A stretch of DNA of 64,000 nucleotides from Trueperaceae bacterium (GTDB taxonomy: Bacteria; Deinococcota; Deinococci; Deinococcales; Trueperaceae). The notes beneath the pieces are model-generated. The model searched no databases, was not told the DNA's origin, and saw nothing but the letters and a program-made list of their open reading frames with translations. Location: the NCBI GenBank assembly GCA_965213925.1, contig OZ243927.1:480001-544000 (forward strand), in the 5' to 3' direction. Position 1 is the stretch's first letter; every line of letters starts with the position of its first letter. The position numbers and the translations under genes are program-made. Shown here in pieces: positions 10,278 to 20,465 of this stretch.

Positions 10278-11453
10278 GTGTTCCGCTTCGTTTCCTTTCT
10301 AGCCTACCGCCACATCCGCCGCCGCCCGTTGCAAAGCCTCCTTACAGTACTCGGTGTGGCGGTCGGCGTGATGGTTTTAGTCACGGCCCTCTCCCTCACG
10401 AACGGCTTTATCGACGAACTCATCCGCAGCACGCTCAAGGCGACGCCGCATGTGACGCTTCAAAGCTATGACGGCGAGCGTTTGCCCGACGACCCCGCTG
10501 TTTTAGAGGCCATCGGTGAATTCGACAACGTCGAAGCGGTCAGCCCCTTCCTCTACACGCAGGCGCTCATCGCGCGGCGGGCGGACGCGCAACTCGGCAT
10601 AAGCGGGCGAAACGGTTACACACAGATTTTAGGCATCGACCCCGAGTTGGAGCAAGAGGTCTTAGATTTGGAGTCGTTGGAGGAGCAAGCGGCCGCCCTC
10701 TCGAGCGATGGCATCGTCCTAGGCGAAACGTTGGCGCGTCAGTTAGGCGTGTTCGCGGGCGATGAGGTGCAGATCGTCAACATCGATAGGAGCCGTCAAG
10801 CCTTCGACGTCGCAGGCACCTTCCGCGTCAACAACGAACTCATCGACAGCGTGACCTCGTTCGCGTCCATCCCCAACTTGCAAGATTATCTGCGAGCGGA
10901 AGGCGAAATCACGGGCTACCACGTGCGCGTGACCGACCCCGAAGCCGCCACCGAGATAGGTCAAGCTTTAAGCCGCGAGACAGGGCTCCTTGCGGTACCT
11001 TGGCAGAACCTCTTCGGCGGTCTGATCGACCAGCTCAACTTACAAAAAGCGCTCATCGGTGTGGTCGTCTTTCTCATCGTCATCGTCGCGGCGATGGGGA
11101 TTGCGAATATCCTCATCTTGACGGTTTCTGAAAAGACTGAGGAAATTGCGATTTTGCGGGCGCTCGGCGCGTCACAGCGGCAGATCGTCTCGGTGTTCAC
11201 CTTAGAGGGTCTTCTCTTGGGCGGCGGTGGCACGCTCCTCGGGGCGCTTTTGGGCTTAGGTTTGTCACTCTACTTCAAGTTTCAGCCCTACCCGCTACCC
11301 GGCGACCTCTACTTCATCACGCAGCTACCCGTCGAGTTACAAGCCTGGGACTTTATCTGGGTCTGTGCGCTCTCTATTGCGACGAGCGTGATGGCGGGGG
11401 TGATTCCGGCGCGGCGGGCGAGTGGGCTGGACCCGGCGGAGGTGTTGCGCTAG
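10278..11453 (+). CDS. LolC/E (FtsX/MacB-type) ABC permease
   Basis: LGVAVGV..LSLTNGF, EKTEEIAILRALGA, PARRASGLDPAEVLR. Confidence 0.9.
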   Translation: MFRFVSFLAYRHIRRRPLQSLLTVLGVAVGVMVLVTALSLTNGFIDELIRSTLKATPHVTLQSYDGERLPDDPAVLEAIGEFDNVEAVSPFLYTQALIARRADAQLGISGRNGYTQILGIDPELEQEVLDLESLEEQAAALSSDGIVLGETLARQLGVFAGDEVQIVNIDRSRQAFDVAGTFRVNNELIDSVTSFASIPNLQDYLRAEGEITGYHVRVTDPEAATEIGQALSRETGLLAVPWQNLFGGLIDQLNLQKALIGVVVFLIVIVAAMGIANILILTVSEKTEEIAILRALGASQRQIVSVFTLEGLLLGGGGTLLGALLGLGLSLYFKFQPYPLPGDLYFITQLPVELQAWDFIWVCALSIATSVMAGVIPARRASGLDPAEVLR

Positions 11454-11629
11454 TCCTCTTCGGGAATCTCGTTGGCGGGAATCCACACGGCTTTTCCGCC
11501 CCGCCATACGACGATAGGGTTGCCTGCTTGTTTGTGCTTGCGCCGGGCGTCTTTAGCAGCCTCGAGAAGTGCTTGCTCGAGAATCTTTGAGCGCTCATCA
11601 CTACTTAGAATTTCGTTCGTCTTATTCAT
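11450..11629 (-). CDS. 59-aa small protein of the type found downstream of COG4185 zeta-toxin-like ATPases (not in the ORF track)
   Basis: Hand translation MNKTNEILSSDERSKILEQALLEAAKDARRKHKQAGNPIVVWRGGKAVWIPANEIPEED*; GGAGAA RBS. Confidence 0.7.
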   Translation of the reverse strand: MNKTNEILSSDERSKILEQALLEAAKDARRKHKQAGNPIVVWRGGKAVWIPANEIPEED

Positions 11630-11798
11630 AGTTCTCCACTATCTTACTCCATAACAACATTTGACTAGCCACACCGCCAGATTCACTCGAAGCAATGAGC
11701 TTAGAATTTGCCCCCGCACTGTTGTAGAAATCCCAGCTATCAGCAAGAGGTTGGTACAGCCTGAAGAAGTTGCGCAGCCCGTACGCTAAGTTTAGCAC
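11622..11798 (-). pseudogene. C-terminal remnant of a zeta-toxin-like AAA ATPase (COG4185)
   Basis: Frame reads ...YGLRNFFRLYQPLADSWDFYNSAG..KLIA...WSKIVENYE*; stop overlaps the ATG of the 59-aa gene; no P-loop upstream. Confidence 0.55.
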
Positions 11799-11818
11799 CC
11801 GTTTTGTAAACTGTAGAG

Positions 11819-12163
11819 ATGAACAAGCGCCTACGCAAAAAGCTCCATAAGGGTGAGTTTAAGGAACTCGCCGTTGAATTCATTATCATCTTTCGAGGTG
11901 ACTTATTCACGCCAGAATATGAATCCTGTATGGATGACCTCTTCGGCTTCGCAAAAGCTCTTGGTGTGGAATTGGGCGGGAGCGAGTATCCAGAGGAGAA
12001 GCGGGTTGACCTCATAGGAAGTGCGCTCAAGGAGCGTGGTAGCGTCTCTCTAAAACAGCGCGAGAAGATACTGAACTGGCTCGAGGCTCATGAAGAAGTC
12101 ATCGAGGCAAGAGGTAGCCAGCTCTTCGACCTCTACTATCTGCCCAAGACCATTCCTTACTAA
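11819..12163 (+). CDS. YggL (DUF469)-family protein
   Basis: N-terminal KRLRKKLHKGEF.EL signature and C-terminal ..R..I.NWL....V.......L.D. Confidence 0.8.
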   Translation: MNKRLRKKLHKGEFKELAVEFIIIFRGDLFTPEYESCMDDLFGFAKALGVELGGSEYPEEKRVDLIGSALKERGSVSLKQREKILNWLEAHEEVIEARGSQLFDLYYLPKTIPY

Positions 12164-12218
12164 ACCGCTCGAGGTCAACCCACCTAGTACCTAGTACAAG
12201 ACTGAAATCATCTGTCCG

Positions 12219-15200
12219 CTAAAACCGCGCTAGGAACGCCTCGATGACCTCTTGGTCCGCCTCATCCAACCCGTAGACCTCATACACTAAGCTGTTGAGG
12301 TCTGCCTCGAGCTTTACAATCTCCCCACGCAACCTCTCAACCTCTTGTCGCCACTCGGACAGCGCCGCCACATAAGCCCGCTGCTCACGCTCTTTCTCGG
12401 GCACGTCAAGCGCCTCTAAATCCTCGCTCGCCAGCTTGCCCCGCACCGCCAAGACCTCTTCCACAAACGCCGCCAACGCAGGCGACAAGGTCATGCGTCC
12501 CTTTCCCACCTTGAGCACGACTTGTCCCGCCAAGTCGTGCTCGCTCGTTACCTTGTTTGCGCGAACCTCTTTAGGTAAGCCCGCTAATAGTCCCAACTGA
12601 GAAAGCGCCTCCAAGCCCGGCACGCTCCCCTCGCCTTGACGCACCTCCGTGAACGACGCCGGAAACGCCTCAATCTGCGCCTCCAGACCCCGCAGCCGCG
12701 CTGTTTTGTCGGTGAGGGTCTGGGCAAGGTCGGCGATGGTGGTTTGTTGGGTATCGGTGGCGGGTGGGATGGGGAGGTCTTTAATGAACTGGTCGCCGTA
12801 GGAGTAGAAGCCACCTGAGAAAACTGAAGCAGCGTGCTTGACGAAGAAGTCAGAGGCTTTCGAGGAGAAGACACCTGCGAAGAAGTAGGGATTGAGTTGG
12901 TCAACGAGCGAAAGACCGTAAGCGTTATGCGTTCCGCTACCCGCAAAAATTACTCCCAGATTATCTACTGTAATTTCGGGAGCCTTGGACGCTGTTTGGA
13001 GAAGTAACTTACCAACCTGTGTTGCCGAATCAAGATTCTGAGGTCTCGCTAAGTCGTACCACCGCCACTCCTCTCGCTTCTTTTTCTTATACCTTCCATT
13101 CTCACGCCTACGAAGGGAAGATTCCGAAACTTTGGTCGTAAGATACGACCAAAGTTTCGGAAATTTTTTTTCAATCCTCGGACTATCCTCTGGATAGCCT
13201 TGGAAAACGCGGTAGTTCTTGTTACCACGTGTCAGTTCGAAATCCCAATAGTCGGTACTCGGCATAAAGCGGTGAGCGCCCTCTTTTTTATCGAAAAAGT
13301 ACGGAAAGATGACCCACCATCCTTGCCAGCCGACGTACCAGCGTTCTACGTCTTTACCGAAAAGAAAGGGGCGGAGGGCTTCCTTTTCTACCCAGAATGG
13401 CTCGCCTCCTCCTCGAGGTTCGACGTAGAGTAAGCCTTTTTCTTCATCCTCCTCGAGTTGTTTAAGTACAAGAACGCCGTCAAGACCTGTGGCAATGCCC
13501 TGGAATCCTCCACTTTCCGTCGCCGTATAGTTCTTTAACCTCCTCTTCTTTTCTTCCGGCAACTTCGCCTTAATCGCCTCGTCTTGCGTCTCGCCTACCT
13601 TTTCCAGTTTCTCGAACACCTCACGCTCAGCGTCCGGCATTAAGTACCAGCCGTCTGGCGCTAGGGTGCGGCTCGGTTGGGTGAACACGTCAGCGTATTC
13701 GTGTTGCGCGGCGCAGAGGCGAGCGTGGTCTGCGCCGTTTGCGTATTCGCGGCGGAGCGCTTTGATGGCGGCAGCGGGGTGAACGGGGGCGGCTTTCGGG
13801 TAAAAGCGGGCGGTTCTAAAGGTATAGGGCTGCCCTTTAGGAGCATTCCTTTCGGCGACGAGGATAGCGGGATAGACCATCGCCTCTTTGAACAAACGGC
13901 TGGCTTGGTCCTCTTCGGGTGGGGCGAAGGTGGCGGCTTTGAAGTCGGTGATCGAGAGGACGCGGGCGACTCTGGGCAGCCCTTCGCGCAAACTAGCGGC
14001 GTAGTTGGTGTTGAGAAATCTGTTCGGCACGATGTAGCCGAGTTTGCCCCCTTGCTCTAGCCAGGGTCTGTCACCGTAGAGCACGCGCTCGATGAAGGGA
14101 ATGAAGATGTCGAAGTTACCCTTCGCCCAGATGTACTTGTCTGCCCAGTACTGCTTTTGAATCTCTGGGATGTTTTGCACCCGCACATAGGGCGGATTGC
14201 CGACTACCACGTCATACTTGAGGTAGTTCTTTAACACCAATCCGAGCGTGAGGTCTTCTAAGGTCTTCAAGAACCTGCCGTCGCCGTATTCGTCTTTGAG
14301 TATCTGGAGCTTGTCCCACACACCCTGGGTGTAGGGCGTAAGGTACTCGCTCAGCGCGTCCGGTGCGGGCTCGAAGAGGGCGAGTTCGTCGCGCAAAGAG
14401 GTGGCGAGGTCGGGCAGCGCGTCGCCACGGCGTCCGGCGTCGTAGGCTTGCGAGCGCTTTTCGACCGCTGCGAAGACGGATTGGAGGGCTAAGAGCCAGA
14501 GGCGTTCATTTTTAATCTTGCCGTTTTGTTTAGCGGCGTCCAAGCTCGGAAAGGTCACGCCGACGCGGAGCGGCTGACCTTTTTTGGCGGGGTCTTTGAT
14601 GGGCAGTTCGACGTAAGCGGTAATCTCTTCGCTGCCGAAGTTGAAGCCGACCTCTTGGCTGGTTCCCCGCAGGTTCTGCTTGACGCCTCTTTGCTGCTGC
14701 TCCCCCTCGACCACCTCTTGCCGCAGCGAATCGGTGCGCACAATCGGCAAGCGGCGCAGCACCAGTTCGGGGTTTTGCTGCACGGCTTTGGCGTAGAGCG
14801 GTACGAGCAGCGCGGCGGCGTTGATCTGCGCCATCATCACCGCGAAGGGGTTAATGTCGAAAGCGACCAGGCGAAACTCTTTGGTGATGCCGTCTAGCGT
14901 TTCGACGGGGTCGCGCTGCGCGTTCGCCTGCAAGTAGCGCTTGAGGGCGGTAATCAGAAAGGTGCCGCTGCCCGTCGCGGGGTCTAAGAGGCGTGTATTT
15001 TTGTCACCCGTGTAGCCGACCTCGTCCAAGATGAATTCCACGACCTCGGGCGGCGTGTAGAACTCGCCTAGCGCCTTGCGCGTCTCGGGGTCGAAGTAGC
15101 TCTGGTAGAGTTCACCTAAGAGGTCGCTCTCTAAACTCGCGAAGTCGAAGCGCAAGAGGCTCAGCACGGCGCGGCTCACGGCTAGGGCAAAGGTGCGTTG

Positions 15201-16232
15201 CGCCGTCTCGGATGCTCTGCCAAAGTCGCGCCACCAGTCGAAGAGGTCTTGGGCGTAGATGGAGGTGAAGAGCGAGGTAGCGTAGCGGTTAAAGAGGTTT
15301 TCCGTAACCGTGAGGTAGGCGGTCGGCGGAAGCTGTCCGGTGCGCTCACTCGCCCTACTGTCGAGGTCGCTGATGAACCTGTCGGCAATGTGCTTTGAGG
15401 AGATGCGTCCGTCCCGGTCGTGATCTTGAATCGCCTTGGCGAGAATGAGGCGGGCGGTGAGCAGGTAAGAGGTCTCGAGCGCGAAGGTAAAGCGGTAGAC
15501 GGTTTCCTTTTGCGTGTTCGGCAAAAAATCGCGCCAGATTTTGGGCACGTCGCCGCCACTTAGCTCGCGGGCGTAGGTCTTCTTCCAAAAGTCATACGCA
15601 CCGTCTACGAAGGGGCTCGAGCCTATGAGGTCGCCTAGCAGCGTTTGAGTGGTTCGTACCAGCTCACCGAACGGGCTTTCCGGGTTGAGGTCGAAGGCGT
15701 TTAGGAACTGTTCGGCAGGGAGGCTGCCAATGTCGGTGAGTTCTAGCCCCTCCTGCTTCGCCTCTTCCAAGCGGGTTTTGACCTGCGCGAAATCTGTAGC
15801 GTCGAGAATCTCTTTGCGGAAAGGCTCGAGGACGGCGGCGTCCTCCGATAAATCTTGAGAGGTCGCCTTAGCGATGAGGTCAAGCGCTTTACCGTTACGT
15901 TTATAAAGCCACACATTCACACCGTTGCTCAGCAGCCCGTAGCGGGCTTTGAGGTCGCGGACGTAGCGGAAGAGCTGGTCTTCGTGGTCGGCGAGGTTCT
16001 CGTCCGGTTTTTTGAGTTCGACAACGACTTGGATGCTCTCATCACTGTTTATGAGGCGCACGTCGGGGATACCACTCCTACCCTTGCGCTTGCCGAGGAT
16101 GTCCTTAGCCACCTGGGTATAGCCGAGCGCGATGTAAACCTCTTGGAACAGCCGCTCGATGTCATCCTCGTTCATGTTGCTGCGCAGGGCGGCGTGCATG
16201 GAGGCGAAGGCAGCTTGAAGCGCTTTACTCAC
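12219..16232 (-). CDS. Type IIG (fused endonuclease - m6A methyltransferase - TRD) restriction-modification enzyme
   Basis: N-terminal PD..VELKK nuclease motif, LGEFYTP, LLDPATGSGTFL (motif I), VVGNPPYVR (motif IV), TaqI-C-like IKDLPIPP tail. Confidence 0.9.
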   Translation of the reverse strand: MSKALQAAFASMHAALRSNMNEDDIERLFQEVYIALGYTQVAKDILGKRKGRSGIPDVRLINSDESIQVVVELKKPDENLADHEDQLFRYVRDLKARYGLLSNGVNVWLYKRNGKALDLIAKATSQDLSEDAAVLEPFRKEILDATDFAQVKTRLEEAKQEGLELTDIGSLPAEQFLNAFDLNPESPFGELVRTTQTLLGDLIGSSPFVDGAYDFWKKTYARELSGGDVPKIWRDFLPNTQKETVYRFTFALETSYLLTARLILAKAIQDHDRDGRISSKHIADRFISDLDSRASERTGQLPPTAYLTVTENLFNRYATSLFTSIYAQDLFDWWRDFGRASETAQRTFALAVSRAVLSLLRFDFASLESDLLGELYQSYFDPETRKALGEFYTPPEVVEFILDEVGYTGDKNTRLLDPATGSGTFLITALKRYLQANAQRDPVETLDGITKEFRLVAFDINPFAVMMAQINAAALLVPLYAKAVQQNPELVLRRLPIVRTDSLRQEVVEGEQQQRGVKQNLRGTSQEVGFNFGSEEITAYVELPIKDPAKKGQPLRVGVTFPSLDAAKQNGKIKNERLWLLALQSVFAAVEKRSQAYDAGRRGDALPDLATSLRDELALFEPAPDALSEYLTPYTQGVWDKLQILKDEYGDGRFLKTLEDLTLGLVLKNYLKYDVVVGNPPYVRVQNIPEIQKQYWADKYIWAKGNFDIFIPFIERVLYGDRPWLEQGGKLGYIVPNRFLNTNYAASLREGLPRVARVLSITDFKAATFAPPEEDQASRLFKEAMVYPAILVAERNAPKGQPYTFRTARFYPKAAPVHPAAAIKALRREYANGADHARLCAAQHEYADVFTQPSRTLAPDGWYLMPDAEREVFEKLEKVGETQDEAIKAKLPEEKKRRLKNYTATESGGFQGIATGLDGVLVLKQLEEDEEKGLLYVEPRGGGEPFWVEKEALRPFLFGKDVERWYVGWQGWWVIFPYFFDKKEGAHRFMPSTDYWDFELTRGNKNYRVFQGYPEDSPRIEKKFPKLWSYLTTKVSESSLRRRENGRYKKKKREEWRWYDLARPQNLDSATQVGKLLLQTASKAPEITVDNLGVIFAGSGTHNAYGLSLVDQLNPYFFAGVFSSKASDFFVKHAASVFSGGFYSYGDQFIKDLPIPPATDTQQTTIADLAQTLTDKTARLRGLEAQIEAFPASFTEVRQGEGSVPGLEALSQLGLLAGLPKEVRANKVTSEHDLAGQVVLKVGKGRMTLSPALAAFVEEVLAVRGKLASEDLEALDVPEKEREQRAYVAALSEWRQEVERLRGEIVKLEADLNSLVYEVYGLDEADQEVIEAFLARF

Positions 16233-16378
16233 GAACTATCCCGATTTGGAACATGCGACATGCTAACAGATACGTACACTTGCGGCGCGAAAAGTGAATT
16301 ATCTACGTTATTCTGCTGATAAATCAAGCGAAATCCGCCGCTCAAGCATTTGACAAGAAACCGCCCCTTCAACCACAC

Positions 16379-17851
16379 TTAGTCCTGTTCAGCCAAAGCT
16401 CGCCGCGCTTCTGCAACTTCATCCCAAGGAATGACCTCATCTTTGCGCTCCAAGGTCGCTTCGTGACCTTTGCCTGCTAAAAGAATGAGGTCGCCAGGTC
16501 GCGCCCCTTCGACAGCTTGGCGGATCGCTTTCTGGCGGTCGGGCTCGAGCCTCACCTCTCCCCCACCGACCTCTTGAGCACCCCTCATCATCTCCGCCAA
16601 AATTTCCTCAATCTCTTCGGAGCGCGAGTCCTCTTCGGTAAAAATCGCTATGTCGGCGTGTTGCGCGGCGGCGCGTCCGAGCGGCGCACGCTTGCCGGGG
16701 TCGCGCTCGCCCGCCGCACCGATCACGACGATGAGCCGCCCTTTCGTTTGCGGGCGAACCGCCTGTAGCGCTTTTTCTAAGGCGGGCGCGGTATGGGCGA
16801 AGTCTGCGACGACGGCGAAAGGCTGACTCTGAACGAGCTGCATCCGTCCGGGGACGCCGGGAAACGTCGCCAACCTCTCGAGCAACTCCTCCATCTCAAT
16901 ACCCGTTTGCTCTGCCGCCGCTAATGCTGCCAGCGCATTATGAACGTTGTAACGCCCGATCATTGGCAAGGTAGCGTCGTACCTCTTCCCCTTTGTCTCG
17001 AGCCTCCACCTCAGTCTCCCGGTTTCTTCTCGAACATTTGCCGCTCGGTAATCCGCTTCAGCTTCTATCTTGTAGCTTATGACCTCTTTGGATTCACCTG
17101 TGAAATACGAAAACTCGGGATCGTCCGCGTTCAAGATGCTTACCTTCGCGCGGCGCATCAAGGTGGCTTTGGCGTCGCGGTAAGCCTCGAACGTCTTGTG
17201 GTAGTCGAGATGTTCCGGTGAGAGGTTCGTCCACACGCCGAGGTTGTAACTGACCTCATCCAAGCGGTGCATCGCGAACCCGTGCGAACTCGACTCGATG
17301 ACGGCGTGCGAGCAGCCGCCACTACGAAACTGCGCGAGGAAACGCTGGACTTGCGGCGCTTCGGGCGTGGTGAAGTGACCGGATAGCTCGAGCCGCTTCT
17401 CCCCCAGCCTCACCCCAGCCGTAGACAGAAGTCCTGTTTTGTACTCCCCCGACAAGAGGTGATGGAGCAGATAAGAGGTCGTCGTCTTGCCGTCCGTGCC
17501 CGTGATGCCCAGTGTGAAAAGGGACTCAGACGGACGCCCATAAAACGCCGCCGCGAGCTTCGCCACCGCGATTTTGTCGTTCTGAACGTGGATGTGGGGG
17601 ACTTTTTCAGACCAAGAATAAGACTTGACCTCTTCATCCAACGCTTCTCCGACTACGGCAACCGCGCCTAATTCAACCGCTTTTTCCACGAACTGATACC
17701 CGTCAAATGCCGCGCCGCGCCGCGCGATGAATACGAAACCGGGTTGACTTACGTCCCTAGTGTCTTGGACGATGCCGCTTACTTCAAGATTCAAACTTCG
17801 CGAATCGGGTACAGCTAAGCCTGCTTCTCGTAAGAGATCGCTGAGGTTCAC
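16379..17851 (-). CDS. murE: UDP-MurNAc-dipeptide--amino acid ligase
   Basis: GITGTDGKTTT, ESSSHG, TNLSPEHLDYH, PGRM, DFAHT, LLAGKGHE. Confidence 0.95.
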   Translation of the reverse strand: MNLSDLLREAGLAVPDSRSLNLEVSGIVQDTRDVSQPGFVFIARRGAAFDGYQFVEKAVELGAVAVVGEALDEEVKSYSWSEKVPHIHVQNDKIAVAKLAAAFYGRPSESLFTLGITGTDGKTTTSYLLHHLLSGEYKTGLLSTAGVRLGEKRLELSGHFTTPEAPQVQRFLAQFRSGGCSHAVIESSSHGFAMHRLDEVSYNLGVWTNLSPEHLDYHKTFEAYRDAKATLMRRAKVSILNADDPEFSYFTGESKEVISYKIEAEADYRAANVREETGRLRWRLETKGKRYDATLPMIGRYNVHNALAALAAAEQTGIEMEELLERLATFPGVPGRMQLVQSQPFAVVADFAHTAPALEKALQAVRPQTKGRLIVVIGAAGERDPGKRAPLGRAAAQHADIAIFTEEDSRSEEIEEILAEMMRGAQEVGGGEVRLEPDRQKAIRQAVEGARPGDLILLAGKGHEATLERKDEVIPWDEVAEARRALAEQD

Positions 17852-17860
17852 CCCTCTACT

Positions 17861-18484
17861 TTACGGCAAGATGGGAGCGGTCAAGCCGTAAGGCTCCAAC
17901 CTCTTCATCACCGCTTGCAAATCCTCTTCTCTATTTACAAAGTCGAGGTGGTCGGCGTCTAGGGTGAGTTTGGGCGAGAGGTCGTAAAACTCAATCCACT
18001 CGTCGTAGAGGCGGTTGAGTTGTTCCAAGTAGCTCGCCTGAATAGTTGCCTCGTAGTCGCGTCCGCGTTGGGCGATGCGTGTTTGCAAGGTAAGGACGCT
18101 CGAGCGCAGATAAACAAGCAAATCGGGCGGCTTTAGGGTGCGGCGGATGGCGTGGTACATGGCGCGGTAACTGCTGTAGTCGCGGGCGTCCATGATGCCT
18201 TCTTCAAAGAGGTTGCGGGCGAACACAGCGGCGTCTTCGTAAATCGTACGGTCCTGAATGACGCGGCTACCCGGATTGACCTGCGCTAAGTGCTGCTCTA
18301 GGCGGCGGGATAAAAAGAAAACTTGCGAGTGAAAGGCGTAGCGCTTCATGTCTTTGTAGAAGTCTTCTAAGTATGGATTCTCGTCCACCGCTTCGTAAAC
18401 GGGCTCCAAGGCGTAACGTTTTGCCAAAAGCGCCGTGAGGCTCGACTTGCCGACGCCGATGTTGCCTGCAATAGCCAAAAACAT
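17861..18484 (-). CDS. Deoxynucleoside kinase
   Basis: AGNIGVGKSS, QDRTIYED, RIAQRGRDYE. Confidence 0.9.
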   Translation of the reverse strand: MFLAIAGNIGVGKSSLTALLAKRYALEPVYEAVDENPYLEDFYKDMKRYAFHSQVFFLSRRLEQHLAQVNPGSRVIQDRTIYEDAAVFARNLFEEGIMDARDYSSYRAMYHAIRRTLKPPDLLVYLRSSVLTLQTRIAQRGRDYEATIQASYLEQLNRLYDEWIEFYDLSPKLTLDADHLDFVNREEDLQAVMKRLEPYGLTAPILP

Positions 18485-18490
18485 GTCTAA

Positions 18491-19093
18491 CTAAACCGCC
18501 TCTGCTAACCGCAAAATATCCGCCACCAACCGCTCGCGGTCGGGTTCTCGCTCGACAAAGTCGTACTCCGCCGCCTCGACGGTGTGGAGTGGCGCGCCGT
18601 AGTGCTCGAAAAGGTCGTCATACGCTCCCCCTAGGGCGCGGAGGTAGCTCGCCTGGATGTCTCTCTCGAAAGGACGACCTCTTTTAGCGATACGCTGCAA
18701 AAGCGTGTCCGGCGCGGCGCGGAGGTAGACGGTCAAGTCGGGCTGCGGGAGCTTAGGTCTGAGCTGCTGGTAAAGCTCCCTGTAGAGCGTCCACTCGTCG
18801 CCCTTTAAGTTCAGGGAGGCGAAGATGAAGTCTTTGTCGAAGAGGTAGTCGCTCACGGTGTGCTCGAAAAAGAGTGCGCCTTGTGCGAGGTCTTGGAGCT
18901 GCTTGTAGCGAGACAGGAGGAAGAAGGTTTGAACGCTAAAGGCGTAGCGCTCGGGATGTTCGTAAAAGGGCGCGAGAAAGGGGTTCTCTTCGACGACTTC
19001 TAAAACGAGCCGCGCTTGGAGCTGTTCTGCAAGCAGACGCGCTAAGCTCGTTTTGCCTACGCCGATAGGACCCTCGATCACGATATATGCCAC
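18491..19093 (-). CDS. Deoxynucleoside kinase (paralogue)
   Basis: IEGPIGVGKTS, SDYLFDKD, RIAKRGRPFE; GTG at 19093. Confidence 0.9.
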   Translation of the reverse strand: MAYIVIEGPIGVGKTSLARLLAEQLQARLVLEVVEENPFLAPFYEHPERYAFSVQTFFLLSRYKQLQDLAQGALFFEHTVSDYLFDKDFIFASLNLKGDEWTLYRELYQQLRPKLPQPDLTVYLRAAPDTLLQRIAKRGRPFERDIQASYLRALGGAYDDLFEHYGAPLHTVEAAEYDFVEREPDRERLVADILRLAEAV

Positions 19094-19151
19094 GCTCGAC
19101 CTCCCGCTCTCGGAAAGCGTAACATGTGCGCCTGGAGGTTTAGGCGGCGTC

Positions 19152-20141
19152 TTACGTGGTGCCCAGGAGAAGCTGCCGCACGCTCTGAGCGTGCTGCTCC
19201 ACCTCGGCTGCTCGCTCATTAAACTGCGCGGTGGCGTAGCCTCGCCCCCGCGTTCTTTCATCTCGAGCCATCTCACGGAGCATGTTGGCGCGCTCTTCAA
19301 GGATGCGTAGCGCGATCCACAGGGCTTTCTCAGTGGCGTCGGACTGGTCGGCTAGGAGCGCCTCGGCGGTGTAGGCGTGCCCGACGTGGCAGCGGTAGCG
19401 TTTCACCGCCCTGTCGTCCATTTCCCGTAAGGGACCGCCGCATTCGGGGCACCCGAGCGCCGTATGCTGACCTATCGCCTCTTCTTTAGGTATATCGCTC
19501 ATCACACGCTCGGCGATGTCCACCTCGAGCGCAATATCGTGGGGCACGAGCGGTCCTGCCGAGACCTCCTCTCTCGAGAGCTTGGTGAGTAGTTCGGGCA
19601 TCTCTGCTAAGGTTAAGCAGTGGTCCACCCCGCCTACGTCCTGCAGCGCTTGCAGCGCGTGGCGCGGCATCTCTGGAAAGGCGGCGTCGTCGGGATGCTG
19701 AACTAGGGCGAGCCCGCCGCACCGCTTGATCGCCGCTAGACCGGCGCTGCCGTCATTCTGTAGTCCCGTTAGCACGACGCCAATTACCCGAGCGCCGTAC
19801 GTCACCGCTGCCGAACGAAAGAGCGGGTCGAGCGCCGGGCGCACGCGGTTCTCGCGGGGACCCCGCACGACGCGGAGCTTTCCCTGTTTGAGGAGCAAGT
19901 GGCGGTCGGGGGGCGCGACGTAGACCTGACCGGGGCGGAAGGGCTCGCCGTCTCGGGCGTTCGTCACGGGCAGCGCACAGCGGCGACCTAGCACATCTGC
20001 TAGAAACCCCGGCGAACTAGGTGAGGTGTGCTGCACGACGCAGAGCCCGGCGCTGAAGTCGCTAGGGAGTCGGCTGAGCAGGGTTGTAAGCGCCTCGGTG
20101 CCACCCATCGACGCACCTAAAACGATGACATCGCGGTTCAT
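19152..20141 (-). CDS. cheB: CheB-type methylesterase with C-terminal CxxC...CxxxH extension, no receiver domain
   Basis: GASMGG, VQH, RPALDPLFRSAA, VLTG..NDG..GL; CPECGGPL..YRCHVGH. Confidence 0.8.
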   Translation of the reverse strand: MNRDVIVLGASMGGTEALTTLLSRLPSDFSAGLCVVQHTSPSSPGFLADVLGRRCALPVTNARDGEPFRPGQVYVAPPDRHLLLKQGKLRVVRGPRENRVRPALDPLFRSAAVTYGARVIGVVLTGLQNDGSAGLAAIKRCGGLALVQHPDDAAFPEMPRHALQALQDVGGVDHCLTLAEMPELLTKLSREEVSAGPLVPHDIALEVDIAERVMSDIPKEEAIGQHTALGCPECGGPLREMDDRAVKRYRCHVGHAYTAEALLADQSDATEKALWIALRILEERANMLREMARDERTRGRGYATAQFNERAAEVEQHAQSVRQLLLGTT

Positions 20142-20465
20142 AGTTTATGTTACAAGGTTTGTGTAGACACAAAGGAGTCGTTCACTCTAATTATTCTATA
20201 CGCCGACCGGCGGCGTTGCCGCTATTTACTCCTAGCATGTTTACATCGCGTGCGTTGCCGCATTCCCGCTCGCCCTCACATCAATCCTCGACACCTCTTT
20301 TAGGCGACATAGCATCACATTACCTTCATGATCGAGGGTCTGTAATAGTTGCTTGCGGCTGACCTTTAAGAAACTGCTAAAATTTTCATGCTCGAGGGTG
20401 GCACAATAAGAACCGCTGCACGTGACCAACCACCTTGCACCACTTCGTCAATCCAGGAGAACACC

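Noticed and set aside
19094..19300. Long N-terminus of the second deoxynucleoside kinase
   Set aside because: Overlaps cheB; the P-loop starts right after GTG 19093
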